64,000 nt of DNA, from positions 6,268 through 70,267 of the forward strand of contig CAYRSX010000023.1 of NCBI GenBank assembly GCA_964427245.1, given 5' to 3'. Positions 47,121-57,883 of the stretch are shown piece after piece. The stretch is from an uncultured Desulfobulbaceae bacterium. Its GTDB lineage: Bacteria; Desulfobacterota; Dissulfuribacteria; Dissulfuribacterales; DYLC01. Made by a program: the position numbers and the translations under genes. How positions within the stretch are numbered: the stretch's first letter is position 1; every line of letters starts with the position of its first letter. Under the pieces are notes generated by a model. It was not told the origin of the DNA. It did no database searches and saw nothing but the letters and a program-made list of their open reading frames with translations.

Positions 47121-47732
47121 ATGAAAAACTGCATTTCAAGCGTATTTCTCCTATGTTTGTGGCTGACAGGGCTTACCGCCTGCGAAATGAAAGCGGTATC
47201 CCTGCACAGCTCAAGCTCACAGCAGCCATATCCTGTTTATTCCCATGCCTCGGTCTTCGATATCACACGAGAGCTGACACAGGAGCTCCTGGCCAATCTG
47301 CAAGACGAGGCAGCCCGTTCCTCCACCTGCGTCATAACCACCTTTGTGCGGCTGGACGACCTCAAAAAGACTGACAGTCTGGGCAGACTTCTGGCTGAAG
47401 GCATGGGAAACGAGCTGGTCAAGTCAGGTATGGCCGTAACCGAAATTAGAAACACAAACGCAGTCTCTATGGCGCCATTTACCGGCGAGCTCCTCTTGAG
47501 CAGAGACAGCACCGAGCTCAAAAACTATGTGAATACATCCTATGCCCTGACAGGTACATATTCCGTAGGAGAACGGTCGGTGTCCGTCTCGATCAGGCTC
47601 CTGGACATGCGCACCAACCGCATCATAGCCGTGGCTGCAAACGAACTACTTCGCACGCCTGACATCGACGCCCTGCTCTTAGGCGAAATCCGTGTAGCGC
47701 CCACCGCCTATGACAGGCTGCCAGCCAAATAA
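47121..47732 (+). CDS. FlgO/LpoB-like lipoprotein (paralog of previous gene)
   Basis: Start at MKNCISSVFLLCLWLTGLTAC (lipobox LTAC). Core reads VITTFVRLDD...DSLGRLLAEGMGNEL...GELLLSRDS...LTGTY...VSIRLLD. Confidence 0.6.
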   Translation: MKNCISSVFLLCLWLTGLTACEMKAVSLHSSSSQQPYPVYSHASVFDITRELTQELLANLQDEAARSSTCVITTFVRLDDLKKTDSLGRLLAEGMGNELVKSGMAVTEIRNTNAVSMAPFTGELLLSRDSTELKNYVNTSYALTGTYSVGERSVSVSIRLLDMRTNRIIAVAANELLRTPDIDALLLGEIRVAPTAYDRLPAK

Positions 47733-47783
47733 AAACTCGTAAACAGCGTGGATTTCACAAAAATACGATGTTATAGTGAGTTC

Positions 47784-48437
47784 ATGGATAGACCGATTTC
47801 AATAAATCCCATGCCATTCATATACGCCATGGCCTGGCCGCTTCTGCTGGCCTTGCTTGTCTCATGCAGCCAGCCGCCCTTTCTACAGCCTCCCAATTTT
47901 CCTCAAAACGACAGAGGCCGCCTACCCAATGTCAATCTTCAGGTCTATATTCAGCCGCAACGGCCTTTGGGGCTGAATAAACAAACCGCATATCTGACAC
48001 CCCTTTACCTGCCTCAGCACTACGACAAGGCATTGAGTGTCAGTTATGGTGGCATCGTGCAAGAAATATTTCTGCAACACCGCATCTTCCAGACTCTGGA
48101 ACAACACAAGGACATGGAACGAGGCGTTTCAACAGCCGAAGCCAAAAAACGCGGCTTCAATTATCTCATGGAGATCAGCTCTCCTTCGTTTCTGACGCCA
48201 TCAGGGAATTCAAGGGGCTGGGTTGCCTTAAACCTGAAGATCATTCGGCTGTCGGATGAAACAACCCTCTGGCACATGTACGCTGAGGCAGACCTACTTC
48301 CCCTTCACAGGGGTCATGACATCCTCTTTCCTCGTGACTACCGCGATGCCCCCACTCTCACAGAGGGTCTGACTGCCATAGTCCACAAGATGGCCGAAGT
48401 CATAGCAGACTCCGAGACAAGTGCACCTTTGCCATGA
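47784..48437 (+). CDS. lipoprotein, unknown function
   Basis: Lipobox LLVSC follows MDRPISINPMPFIYAMAWPLLLA. The start is ambiguous (GTG 47748, ATG 47784/47811/47829). The stop overlaps the ldcA start (ATGA). Confidence 0.5.
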   Translation: MDRPISINPMPFIYAMAWPLLLALLVSCSQPPFLQPPNFPQNDRGRLPNVNLQVYIQPQRPLGLNKQTAYLTPLYLPQHYDKALSVSYGGIVQEIFLQHRIFQTLEQHKDMERGVSTAEAKKRGFNYLMEISSPSFLTPSGNSRGWVALNLKIIRLSDETTLWHMYAEADLLPLHRGHDILFPRDYRDAPTLTEGLTAIVHKMAEVIADSETSAPLP

Positions 48438-49321
48438 AAATAGCGGCATTCAGCCCATCCAGCCCGGCGGACCCTGAAAAGATACAAACAGGCATAGAAC
48501 TCATTCAGGCCAATCTACCCAAGGCGCAGATTATGCTTTTCCCAAATACTCCAGCCCATAGCCCCTTTTCGTATCTATCCCAAAATGACTCACACCAGGC
48601 CGAGTTGTTTCAGAATCTGCTCACTGACTCGCAGTTTGACCTGGTCTGGGCCATGCGAGGAGGCTATGGCTCTCTGAGATGGCTGAATCAAGTGAATTGG
48701 CAGGCATTGCGCTCCTCAAAACATAAAAACCCCCTCATCGGGTTCAGTGACGTAACATTTCTTCACTCGGCCCTTCTGGGCATTGAATGGCCCAGCCTGA
48801 TTCATGGCCCGCTACTCACCACTCTGGCCAAGACCAATGTGCAGAGCCTCGATGACCTGTGGCACCTTCTACAAACAGGCAAACCCAGCGGTCTTTCAGG
48901 CGAACCGCTTATATCAGGCAGCGCCACTGGTCATCTCATAGGCGGAAACCTCACATGTCTGGTGCATACCATAGGCACAACCTTTGAACCACCTTGGAAT
49001 CAGGGCATCTTGGTGATAGAGGACCACAACGAGGCCCTGTACCGCATAGACCGTATGCTTACACATCTGAAGCTCACAGGCAGGCTCTCAAATCTGGCCG
49101 GAATTGCAGCAGGTGAAATAGTGCATTCAAGTTTTGAAGACGCACAACTCAAATCCCTGCTTTTGGATCGTCTGCAGGACTTAAATATACCTATGGTCTG
49201 GAAATTGCCGTTAGGGCATGGAAAACGCAATGCGCCAGTGATGCTGAGTAAAACATACGAATTAAACGGCAAAACAGGTCAACTACTGCCAGTATTTAAG
49301 AGATCTACGGCCATGGCCTGA
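48434..49321 (+). CDS. ldcA: LD-carboxypeptidase (peptidase S66, muramoyltetrapeptide carboxypeptidase)
   Basis: 295 aa. Contains RGGYGS, GFSDVT and a C-terminal GH. Confidence 0.8.
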   Translation: MKIAAFSPSSPADPEKIQTGIELIQANLPKAQIMLFPNTPAHSPFSYLSQNDSHQAELFQNLLTDSQFDLVWAMRGGYGSLRWLNQVNWQALRSSKHKNPLIGFSDVTFLHSALLGIEWPSLIHGPLLTTLAKTNVQSLDDLWHLLQTGKPSGLSGEPLISGSATGHLIGGNLTCLVHTIGTTFEPPWNQGILVIEDHNEALYRIDRMLTHLKLTGRLSNLAGIAAGEIVHSSFEDAQLKSLLLDRLQDLNIPMVWKLPLGHGKRNAPVMLSKTYELNGKTGQLLPVFKRSTAMA

Positions 49322-49890
49322 TTCTCATAGCCACAGATCCAGTAAGCTGCGTCTAATAAATCATGGGCCACATAGGAAATCTTCATGCGCTGCACCTCAG
49401 TTAAGGAATGCAGCGTCTTATCGCCATACCCTGTACGCACCAGGACAGGCACGGCATGCACATTCATGGCCAGCTCCATATCCCGCCATGTATCACCCAC
49501 CACAAAGCTCACTTGCGGCTTCAGCCCCAGTTCTTCACATGCCCTTTGCACAAGACCTATACCTGGTTTTCTGCAATCACAGGGCATTTTATAAGGCACC
49601 ATGCCCTCTGTGGGATGGTGAGGGCAATAATACCAGCCCGCCACTTTGGCGCCTGACACAGCGAGCCTGCGGTTTAATTCCGCATGAATGGTCTGCACCT
49701 GCTCCTCTTCAAAAAAACCCCTGGCAACACCGGATTGATTGGTCACCACCACCACTTCAAACCCACAACCATTCAAAAGGGCAATAGCCTTTTCAGCACC
49801 CGAAATGAGCCGAAGATCATAAACGGACGAGAGATAGCCCACCTCTTCATTGATGACACCATCTCTGTCTAAAAATACAACCTTCTTCAT
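49279..49890 (-). CDS. gmhB: D-glycero-D-manno-heptose-1,7-bisphosphate 7-phosphatase (HAD-IIIA)
   Basis: 203 aa. VFLDRDGVIN, TNQSGVARG, and a Zn site CPHHP...CDCRKP. Confidence 0.8.
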   Translation of the reverse strand: MKKVVFLDRDGVINEEVGYLSSVYDLRLISGAEKAIALLNGCGFEVVVVTNQSGVARGFFEEEQVQTIHAELNRRLAVSGAKVAGWYYCPHHPTEGMVPYKMPCDCRKPGIGLVQRACEELGLKPQVSFVVGDTWRDMELAMNVHAVPVLVRTGYGDKTLHSLTEVQRMKISYVAHDLLDAAYWICGYENQAMAVDLLNTGSS

Positions 49891-49940
49891 AAGAGGATCA
49901 AATCGTTAACAGCTCGTCAAAAAGAGCAGGCAGCATGATC

Positions 49941-50106
49941 GTTGTCATTCCGAACGAAATGGGTGTTGCCATTCCGAGCAGAATGAACGTTGTCATTTCA
50001 AGCCAGACGTGGATGGCGCATTAACCCCGCCAATGGTGCCATTCCGAGCAAAACGAAGTACCAACCTCCTGTCATTCCGAGCGAAGCGAGAAATCTTGCT
50101 TTCGAG
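49941..50106. repeat. cluster of five degenerate units of the GTCATTCCGAGCG repeat family
   Basis: Units are GTTGTCATTCCGAACGAAATG, GTTGCCATTCCGAGCAGAATG, GTTGTCATTTCAAGCCAGACG, GGTGCCATTCCGAGCAAAACG and CCTGTCATTCCGAGCGAAGCGAGAAATCTTGCTTTCGAG. Confidence 0.85.
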
Positions 50107-50158
50107 ACCAGCGAGAAATAGGGACATTCTTGACGGCAGTTTCAACGGGCTTTAAACA

Positions 50159-50569
50159 TCAAAACGGCACTTCCTCATCCACTGGAGAAGGGGCTGCGTC
50201 CAGATCATATCCAAACTCCCCTCCACTGCCCTTGTCACCCTTGGCTTCCAACAAGACAAAATCATTGGCCACCACCTCTGTCATAAAACGCTTGTTGCCG
50301 GCCTGATCCGTCCAGGAGCGAGTACGAAGGGAACCCTCCACATAGACCAGGCTGCCCTTGTGCAAAAACTTGCTCAATAGGTCTGCTGTCTGCCTCCATG
50401 CAACGACCCTATGCCAATCGGTCTCCTCTTCCCACTGCTCATTGCGCTTGACACGGCGATTTGTGGCTATATTGAACGTACACACACTCGTGCCGTCCTG
50501 TGTGTAACGGATCTCAGGATCTGTCCCGAGCCGGCCTATCAACATGACTTTATTTAGACTGCGCGCCAT
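50159..50569 (-). CDS. ssb: single-stranded DNA-binding protein
   Basis: 136 aa. SLNKVMLIGRLGTDPE and an acidic tail ...DEEVPF. Confidence 0.9.
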   Translation of the reverse strand: MARSLNKVMLIGRLGTDPEIRYTQDGTSVCTFNIATNRRVKRNEQWEEETDWHRVVAWRQTADLLSKFLHKGSLVYVEGSLRTRSWTDQAGNKRFMTEVVANDFVLLEAKGDKGSGGEFGYDLDAAPSPVDEEVPF

Positions 50570-50588
50570 GGGTTATGGTCTCCTTTCA

Positions 50589-51587
50589 TTAAACCGAAAA
50601 CTTGAACTGCCCCTTTCCGAGCAGGTCGTGCAGATGGACTATGCCCAAAAGTCTGCCATCTTCCACAACCGGCAACACCGTAATCAGATATCTCTCCATG
50701 AGGGCCAAGGCATCAGCGGCCAAAGCGGAAGGATGCACGGATTTGGGGGATTTGGTCATGATACGCTCCACAGGCGCAAATAGGACATCGCTTCCATGCA
50801 GCAGTGCCCTACGGATATCTCCGTCGGTCATGATGCCCACCAGCTCGTCGTTTTTATCCAACACCAAAACACACCCCAATCTCCCTGCATTCAGACAGCC
50901 CAAAACCTCTTCAAGCCGCAGCCCCAAGCGCACTCGTGGAATAGCATCACCAGTCAACATCACGGCTCTGACTTGCAGGCGCAATGCCTCACCCAGACTG
51001 CCCGCAGGGTGATTGCGCCGGAAATCCTGTGCGTCGAAATTGCGTAACTCCAGCAGCACCACAGCCAGGGCATCTCCCACAGCCAAGGTCGCTGTAGTAC
51101 TTGCAGTAGGTGCCAGTCCCAGAGAGCAGGCCTCCCTTTCCACGCTCACATCTATGACCGCCTGACTTTCACGAGCAAGCATGGAGTTCATCCCTCCTGT
51201 CAGGGCGATTACTGGTATAGAACGGGCTTTAAATATGGATAAAAGTGAAATGAGCTCCTGAGTCTCGCCGCTATTGGAGATGGCCAAAATGCAGTCCTCG
51301 GGGCTCAACATGCCCAGATCTCCGTGCATGGCCTCAACAGGGTGCAAAAAAACCGATGGAGTTCCGGTGCTGGACAGAGTAGCCGAGATCTTGCGGCCTA
51401 TGAGCCCGGACTTACCTATACCCGTTACCACCAGCCTGCCTTTCGTGTTCAAAATAAGTTGAACCGCCTTAATAAAGCCTATATTCAATCGCTCTTTGAC
51501 ACGATTCAGAGCTGCAATCTCAATATCGATAACCTTTTTGGCCTTCTCTAACCAATCACTTTCAGTGATTTGACCAAGCTGCCCCAT
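50589..51587 (-). CDS. kpsF: arabinose-5-phosphate isomerase (SIS + tandem CBS), KpsF/GutQ family
   Basis: 332 aa. VVTGIGKSG and SNSGET SIS motifs, with C-terminal CBS pair. Confidence 0.85.
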   Translation of the reverse strand: MGQLGQITESDWLEKAKKVIDIEIAALNRVKERLNIGFIKAVQLILNTKGRLVVTGIGKSGLIGRKISATLSSTGTPSVFLHPVEAMHGDLGMLSPEDCILAISNSGETQELISLLSIFKARSIPVIALTGGMNSMLARESQAVIDVSVEREACSLGLAPTASTTATLAVGDALAVVLLELRNFDAQDFRRNHPAGSLGEALRLQVRAVMLTGDAIPRVRLGLRLEEVLGCLNAGRLGCVLVLDKNDELVGIMTDGDIRRALLHGSDVLFAPVERIMTKSPKSVHPSALAADALALMERYLITVLPVVEDGRLLGIVHLHDLLGKGQFKFSV

Positions 51588-51683
51588 TAAAATTTACGCA
51601 AGGGGACTGACGGTTTTAACCATCAGAGGAATTGCGTATTCTCCTTTCGTTAAAAAATTCTGCTGTCATTCCAAACAACACAC

Positions 51684-51769
51684 TGTCATTCCGAGCGAAG
51701 CGAGGAATCTTAAGATTTGTTGGGGCACGGCATGCCGTGCCCGTACCTCCGCTCCTTCGAAATGACAGT
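51684..51769. repeat. full copy of nested-palindrome repeat element
   Basis: Near-identical to 17963-18049, including AATCTTAAGATT and GGGCACGGCATGCCGTGCCC (51724-51743). An extra half-unit CTGTCATTCCAAACAAC lies at 51664. Confidence 0.9.
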
Positions 51770-51868
51770 CTGACAGAGCCTTCGTAAAGAGGAGGTGCTG
51801 TAATGCCCCTCGTTGAAGCGAGAAGCTGACTGCTTTAGCTGTCAAAGTCGTCATTAAACTTCTAACGT

Positions 51869-53287
51869 TCATTTCCGCTCCAACTGAAACTTGCCTCGAA
51901 AGTCCTCACTCTCCACAGGATAATCGCCATTGAAACAGGCCATGCAGAAACGTCCTCCATTCCCGCCAGCGGCCTTGAGCATAGACTCTATGCTCAGATA
52001 ATGCAAGGCGTCCAGTTCCAGAAACCGGCGTATCTCCTCCACGGAATTCTTCGATGCGATGAGTTCACCCTTGGTGGAAAAATCTATGCCGTAAAAACAC
52101 GGAAAGCGCGTGGGCGGACAGCTCACCAGCATGGAGACCTCTTTTGCCCCAGCGCTTCGAATGGCACGCACACGCGTGCGAGATGTGGTGCCTCGAATGA
52201 TGGAATCCTCCACAATAATAACCCGTTTGTCCCGCAGCATCTCCTTCACAGGGTTGAGCTTTACACGCACGGAAAAATCCCTCATGCTCTGACTGGGCTG
52301 AATGAATGTGCGGCCCACATAGTGATTACGAATGACCGCGAGTTCCAGAGGAATGTCTGCGGCCTGAGAAAAACCAAGGGCAGCATAGTTGCCGGAATCC
52401 GGAAAAGGCATGACAAAATCCGCGCTCATGCTTACCTCATCGGCAAGAGCCCTTCCAAGGGCCTTTCGAAAGAGATAGACGTTCTGGCCGAATATGCGGC
52501 TGTCAGGCCTTGCAAAATATATAAACTCAAAGATGCAGTGTCGTGTCTGTGTGTGAGCAACGGCCTGAAAAGAATGCAGGCCGTTGGAGTCTATAACAAC
52601 CACCTCTCCGGGTGCTACATCCCGAATATACTCCGCCTCCACCAAATCCAAAGCACAGGTCTCTGAGGCCAGCACATAAGAACCGTTCAATCTTCCAATG
52701 CACAATGGCCTAAAGCCATAGGGATCCCGAAAGCCTATCAGGCTGTCTTCGGTGGCTATCAGCACAGCGTATGCACCTTTTACCACGCCCATGGCATGGG
52801 CGATGGCCTCTTCCATACCCCTTAACCTGGCCTTGGCAATGAGATGCACCAATATCTCGCTGTCCATGGTGGTCTGAAATATAGAACCCTTTTCCTCAAG
52901 GCTGGCGCGAATACTCGCTGCATTTACCAGATTACCATTGTGGGCAAGGGCTATAGAGCATCCCGCATGTTTTACACAAAATGGCTGGGCATTCTGAAGC
53001 ACGGAAGAGCCTGTGGTAGAATAGCGCACATGACCAACGGCCAGATGCCCCTTAAGCCGGCTCAACACCGCCTCGTTGAACACATCATGCACCAAACCCA
53101 TACCCTTGTGTTCAAGCACGGTCTTGCCATCGGAACTCACTATACCTGCACTCTCTTGGCCACGATGCTGCAGGGCATAAAGACCGAAATATGTAAGTTT
53201 TGCTGCGTCCTCATGGCCATAGACGCCAAATATGCCGCATTCTTCTTTCAGAATCGATGGAAGCAATATTGGAGATGAATCAAGCAT
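51869..53287 (-). CDS. purF: amidophosphoribosyltransferase
   Basis: 472 aa. Ntn nucleophile context EECGIFGV, a PRPP loop, and C-terminal Fe-S cysteines. Confidence 0.9.
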   Translation of the reverse strand: MLDSSPILLPSILKEECGIFGVYGHEDAAKLTYFGLYALQHRGQESAGIVSSDGKTVLEHKGMGLVHDVFNEAVLSRLKGHLAVGHVRYSTTGSSVLQNAQPFCVKHAGCSIALAHNGNLVNAASIRASLEEKGSIFQTTMDSEILVHLIAKARLRGMEEAIAHAMGVVKGAYAVLIATEDSLIGFRDPYGFRPLCIGRLNGSYVLASETCALDLVEAEYIRDVAPGEVVVIDSNGLHSFQAVAHTQTRHCIFEFIYFARPDSRIFGQNVYLFRKALGRALADEVSMSADFVMPFPDSGNYAALGFSQAADIPLELAVIRNHYVGRTFIQPSQSMRDFSVRVKLNPVKEMLRDKRVIIVEDSIIRGTTSRTRVRAIRSAGAKEVSMLVSCPPTRFPCFYGIDFSTKGELIASKNSVEEIRRFLELDALHYLSIESMLKAAGGNGGRFCMACFNGDYPVESEDFRGKFQLERK

Positions 53288-56200
53288 AGTAATCCTGAAG
53301 CGCAGACACGCTCAGCTCCTCTTTTTTAAGGGCATCTATGGCCTCCACTGCGGCCAATGCCCCTGCAACGGTAGTGAAATATGGCAATTCGTACTCCAAA
53401 GCAGTCCTGCGCAGATAATAAGAATCAGAATGAGTCTTTTTGCCGCTGGGAGTGTTAATTACAAGGGAAATCTGGCTGTTCTTGATGAGATCCACTATAT
53501 TGGGCCTGCCCTGTGATATCTTCATGACCTCACGGCTTTTAACTCCGTGGGCGTTCAGATACTTGGCTGTGCCGTCCGTGGCAACCAGTTCAAAGCCCAT
53601 TTCCTCCAACCTTTTGGCCACAGGCAAAATGGCGGCCTTGTCTCCGGGCCTGATGCTCAGAAACACACAGCCTGAAAGAGGCAGATTCACACCAGCGGCC
53701 AACTGACTCTTGGCATAGGCCATGCCAAAGGTCCTGTCTATGCCCATGACCTCACCTGTAGACTTCATCTCAGGGCCAAGGACTATGTCCACACCAGGGA
53801 ATCGCTTGAACGGAAAGACCGCCTCCTTGACCGCAACATAATTCATGGTTTTTTCCTGAGTAAAGCCCAGATTCACAAGCCTTCTACCCAGCATGACCTT
53901 TGTAGCCAGCTTGGCCAGCGGCACGCCGGTCACCTTGCTCACAAACGGCACTGTACGAGATGCCCTTGGATTTACCTCCAATACATAGAGCCTGCCATCC
54001 TTCACCGCATACTGCACATTCATGAGGCCGATGACATTCAGTTCCCTTGCCATGGCACAAGTGGCCTCTCGAATCTCATTTAACAGCTTCTGACTCAGGC
54101 TCTTGGCAGGCAGCACGCAGGCCGAATCACCGGAATGAATGCCTGCCTCCTCTATGTGCTCCATAATACCGCCTATAACGGTCATCTCTCCATCTGAAAT
54201 GGCATCCACGTCTATCTCTGTGGCATCCTGCAGAAATTTATCTATGAGTACAGGATGACCTTCGGAGACCTGCACGGCCTCCTCCATAAAAGAACGAATG
54301 CCTTCTTCATCATACACAATGCGCATGGCCCTGCCCCCCAGCACATAGGAAGGCCGCACCACCACGGGGTAACCGATCTCCTTGGCCACCATCAGGGCCT
54401 CCTCCAGGCCTTGAGCCGTGCCGTTTTCCGGCTGCACCAGTTCCAGTTTTTTAAGCATCTCCTGAAAGCTCTTTCTGTCCTCGGCCTTATCGATGTTTTC
54501 AGGGCTTGTACCCAGAATAGGCACTCCAGCCCTCGCCAAAGACACAGCGAGGTTCAGAGGGGTCTGACCACCGAACTGCACGATGACGCCCATGGGTCGC
54601 TCCGTCTGTATTATGTGCATAACGTCTTCAAATGTGAGGGGTTCGAAATAGAGCTTATCGGATGTATCGTAGTCCGTAGAGACCGTCTCAGGGTTGGAAT
54701 TCACCATGATGCTCTCAACCCCTTCTTCCCGCAGGGCAAATGAGGCATGCACACAGCAGTAGTCGAACTCTATGCCCTGACCTATGCGATTGGGCCCGCC
54801 GCCCAGAATCATGACCTTCTTTTTATGAGATGGTCTGGCCTCGTCTTCCCATTCGTAGGTGGAGTAATAATAGGGGGTATATGCCTCGAACTCCGCAGCG
54901 CAGGTATCCACCAGTTTATAAACCGGTTTTATGGCCATGTCGTTTCTCACTCTTTGAATCTCAGCAAGAACGATGCCGGTAGTGTGGGCGATCTGTATGT
55001 CCGAGAAACCCTCTCTTTTATAATGACGCAATCTCTCTCCATGGTTGGCTATGAGGGTATTGCAAGTCTCTTGGGAGAGGTTCTTACCTTCCCTGACAAT
55101 CATGGCGATCTGATGCAAAAACCAGGGGTCTATACCGGTTATGCCGTATATTTCATCTATGCCCATACCCATTTCCATGGCCAGGGGAATACAAAAGATG
55201 CGCTGAGAGTTGGGCTCCCGCAGTTTCTTCACCACTTCATCCAGGTCAGGGACTATACCGGCCTTTTCCCATGTATTACGGCCATCAAAACCCAGACCAA
55301 ACCGACCTATCTCCAAGGAACGCAGACCCTTTTGAAAGGCATCTCGAAATGTACGGCCTATTGCCATAGTCTCACCCACACTCTTCATAGAAGTGGTGAG
55401 CAGGTCTTGGGCGTCCTGAAACTTCTCGAAGGTCCAGCGTGGAATCTTCACCACACAATAATCGATGGTGGGTTCAAATGAGGCCATGGTCTCACGAGTG
55501 ATGTCGTTGGGTATTTCATCCAATGTATAGCCCACAGCCAACTTCGCAGCGATCTTGGCGATGGGAAAACCTGTGGCCTTGGATGCCAATGCGGATGAGC
55601 GGGACACGCGAGGATTCATCTCTATGACCACCATATCGCCGTTTCGAGGATTGACCGCAAACTGCACGTTGGAACCGCCGGTCTCCACACCTATCTCCCG
55701 CATGATGGCTATGGAGGCATCGCGCAACATCTGATACTCCCGATCGCTCAAGGTCTGAATAGGAGCCACAGTGATGCTGTCTCCTGTGTGCACACCCATG
55801 GGATCTATGTTTTCGATACCGCAGATGATGACTACGTTGTCATTCTTGTCGCGCATCACCTCCAACTCAAATTCCTTCCAGCCTATCACCGACTCCTCCA
55901 GCATGACCTCATGAATCATGCTGAGCTCCAACCCCCGAGAGCAAATGGCCTCCAACTCCTCTCGATTGTAGGCGATGCCGCCTCCTGTGCCTCCGAGAGT
56001 GAAACTAGGGCGCACAATGACTGGAAAGCCTATTTCCTGCACCGAGGCCAAGGCATGGTCAAGGCTGCGCACGATCACACTTCTGGGCACGCACAGGCCT
56101 ATACGCTCCATAGCGTTTCTGAACAGCTCACGGTCCTCAGCCTTGTGTATGACCTCTCGATTGGCCCCAAGCATCTCCACTCCCAGACGATTCAACACAC

Positions 56201-56516
56201 CTTCATCCGCCAACTTTACTGCGGTGTTGAGCCCTGTCTGACCGCCGAGTGTGGGCAAAATGGCATCTGGGCGCTCCTTCTCCAGAATCTTGGCCACAAC
56301 CTCTGGTGTAATGGGCTCCACATAGGTACGCTCCGCCATATCGGGGTCGGTCATGATGGTGGCGGGATTGGAATTTACCAACACCACCTCGTAGCCGTCT
56401 TCCCTCAAGGCCTTACAGGCCTGAGTACCTGAATAATCGAACTCACAGGCCTGTCCTATGACGATGGGTCCTGAGCCTATGATCAATATCTTCTTTATAT
56501 CATTACGTCTCGGCAT
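53280..56516 (-). CDS. carB: carbamoyl-phosphate synthase large subunit
   Basis: From [30 protein letters not shown]. About 1078 aa with duplicated ATP-grasp halves and an MGS-like C-terminus. Confidence 0.95.
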   Translation of the reverse strand: MPRRNDIKKILIIGSGPIVIGQACEFDYSGTQACKALREDGYEVVLVNSNPATIMTDPDMAERTYVEPITPEVVAKILEKERPDAILPTLGGQTGLNTAVKLADEGVLNRLGVEMLGANREVIHKAEDRELFRNAMERIGLCVPRSVIVRSLDHALASVQEIGFPVIVRPSFTLGGTGGGIAYNREELEAICSRGLELSMIHEVMLEESVIGWKEFELEVMRDKNDNVVIICGIENIDPMGVHTGDSITVAPIQTLSDREYQMLRDASIAIMREIGVETGGSNVQFAVNPRNGDMVVIEMNPRVSRSSALASKATGFPIAKIAAKLAVGYTLDEIPNDITRETMASFEPTIDYCVVKIPRWTFEKFQDAQDLLTTSMKSVGETMAIGRTFRDAFQKGLRSLEIGRFGLGFDGRNTWEKAGIVPDLDEVVKKLREPNSQRIFCIPLAMEMGMGIDEIYGITGIDPWFLHQIAMIVREGKNLSQETCNTLIANHGERLRHYKREGFSDIQIAHTTGIVLAEIQRVRNDMAIKPVYKLVDTCAAEFEAYTPYYYSTYEWEDEARPSHKKKVMILGGGPNRIGQGIEFDYCCVHASFALREEGVESIMVNSNPETVSTDYDTSDKLYFEPLTFEDVMHIIQTERPMGVIVQFGGQTPLNLAVSLARAGVPILGTSPENIDKAEDRKSFQEMLKKLELVQPENGTAQGLEEALMVAKEIGYPVVVRPSYVLGGRAMRIVYDEEGIRSFMEEAVQVSEGHPVLIDKFLQDATEIDVDAISDGEMTVIGGIMEHIEEAGIHSGDSACVLPAKSLSQKLLNEIREATCAMARELNVIGLMNVQYAVKDGRLYVLEVNPRASRTVPFVSKVTGVPLAKLATKVMLGRRLVNLGFTQEKTMNYVAVKEAVFPFKRFPGVDIVLGPEMKSTGEVMGIDRTFGMAYAKSQLAAGVNLPLSGCVFLSIRPGDKAAILPVAKRLEEMGFELVATDGTAKYLNAHGVKSREVMKISQGRPNIVDLIKNSQISLVINTPSGKKTHSDSYYLRRTALEYELPYFTTVAGALAAVEAIDALKKEELSVSALQDYYA

Positions 56517-56651
56517 ATTTAATCCTGATTTCAAATCATGTTTAATTTATGCGACAATGTAGAGACAACTCCTGTAGTTGATTCGAATTATGGAAGCCAC
56601 GAGGGCCACTCCTACAGCATAAAAACCTCTTTTTTTCTGCTTAGCGCAAAA

Positions 56652-56727
56652 CTGTCATTTCGAAGAAGCGCAAGTACGGGCACGGCATGCCGTGCCCCAA
56701 CTTCTGGAATCGACTCGCATCAGGACA
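56652..56727. repeat. inverted-orientation, partly degenerate copy of the repeat element
   Basis: CTGTCATTTCGAAGAAGCGCAAGTAC plus GGGCACGGCATGCCGTGCCC (56678-56697) plus a degenerate second arm ending CAGGACAG. Confidence 0.8.
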
Positions 56728-56738
56728 GCCATGATGAC

Positions 56739-57857
56739 CTATGTGGCTACTCCACCCATCAGCTCTACGAAACGATCAAATAAGTATTCGGAATCATGCG
56801 GCCCAGGCGCATTCTCAGGGTGGTATTGGACACAAAAAACCGGTTCGCTTTTAAGCCTGAAGCCTTCCACGGTACCGTCGTTCAGATTGATGTGTGTCAC
56901 CTCGGCATTGGACGGCAGGGAATCTGCGTCCACTGCAAATCCATGATTTTGAGATGTAATCTCTATTCTGCCTGTTCTCAGGTCCTTGACCGGTTGATTA
57001 GCCCCTCTGTGGCCGAACTTGAGCTTGTATGTCCTGCCTCCCACTGCCTGGCCCAACACCTGGTTACCAAGACAGATGCCGAAGATAGGCAGCTTACCTA
57101 TAAGGCTGCGAACAGTTTCCACAATACCCGTAAGGGCCGCAGGATCACCTGGGCCGTTGGAGAGGAAAATCCCATCCGGATTGCAGGACAGCATTTCATC
57201 AGCAGATGCGAAAGATGGAAACACAACACACTCACAGCCTTTTTTTGTAAGCAACCTCAGCTGATTGAATTTGAGACCGCAGTCCAACACCGCCACGCGC
57301 GGTCTTTCGGTTTTGGGAGACAAACAGGAAATATCCACCGGCTCAGGCCCATTACCCCAGCCGTAAGGTCTTTCAACGGTTACCTCCCTCACAAGGTCTC
57401 TGCCCACCAGCCCAAGCGATTCCCTGGCCTTTTTTATCAGGGAATCTGGGTTCAAATCCTGTGTGGAGATCACAGCTTTCATGGCACCTGCCAGGCGTAT
57501 ATGTCTTGTGATGGCGCGAGTATCCACGCGATGAATACCTGGGACACCCTGGCTGCGCAGATAGTCCGCCAGTGAACCAGAAGCCCGCCAGTTGCTATAA
57601 AACTCCTGGTACTCACGTACCACAAAGGCGGAGACATGTATTTGCAAGGACTCGTCATCCTCTGCATTGATTCCATAATTACCTATCAGGGGATAGGTCA
57701 TGGTGACCATCTGCCCTTTGTACGAAGGATCTGTGAGTATCTCCTGATAACCGGTCATACCGGTATTAAAAACCATCTCACCAGCCACTTCGCAGGGGCC
57801 TGTAAAGGATTCCCCTTCAAATGTCTTACCGTCTTCAAATGCTATAATAGCCTTCAT
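56739..57857 (-). CDS. carA: carbamoyl-phosphate synthase small (glutaminase) subunit
   Basis: 372 aa with class I GATase Cys in GICLGNQ and HRGANQPV. Confidence 0.95.
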   Translation of the reverse strand: MKAIIAFEDGKTFEGESFTGPCEVAGEMVFNTGMTGYQEILTDPSYKGQMVTMTYPLIGNYGINAEDDESLQIHVSAFVVREYQEFYSNWRASGSLADYLRSQGVPGIHRVDTRAITRHIRLAGAMKAVISTQDLNPDSLIKKARESLGLVGRDLVREVTVERPYGWGNGPEPVDISCLSPKTERPRVAVLDCGLKFNQLRLLTKKGCECVVFPSFASADEMLSCNPDGIFLSNGPGDPAALTGIVETVRSLIGKLPIFGICLGNQVLGQAVGGRTYKLKFGHRGANQPVKDLRTGRIEITSQNHGFAVDADSLPSNAEVTHINLNDGTVEGFRLKSEPVFCVQYHPENAPGPHDSEYLFDRFVELMGGVAT

Positions 57858-57883
57858 TAAATATCCTTAAATCTCAAATGGTA

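Noticed and set aside
49941-50106. Possible CRISPR array (repeated ~20 nt units)
   Set aside because: The units are degenerate, irregularly spaced and directly abutting, without unique spacers. They belong to the dispersed GTCATTCCGAGCG family, and there are no cas genes.
51666-51872. 68 aa minus-strand ORF
   Set aside because: It is encoded almost entirely by a repeat-element copy (..ASLGMTVCCLE is a translation of a repeat arm). It lies in the intergenic gap between purF and kpsF.
54747-56432. 244 aa and 214 aa plus-strand ORFs
   Set aside because: Antisense to carB.
56538-56783. 81 aa plus-strand ORF
   Set aside because: It spans the repeat copy between carB and carA and runs antisense into the carA 3' end.
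56796-57575. 259 aa plus-strand ORF
   Set aside because: Antisense to carA.
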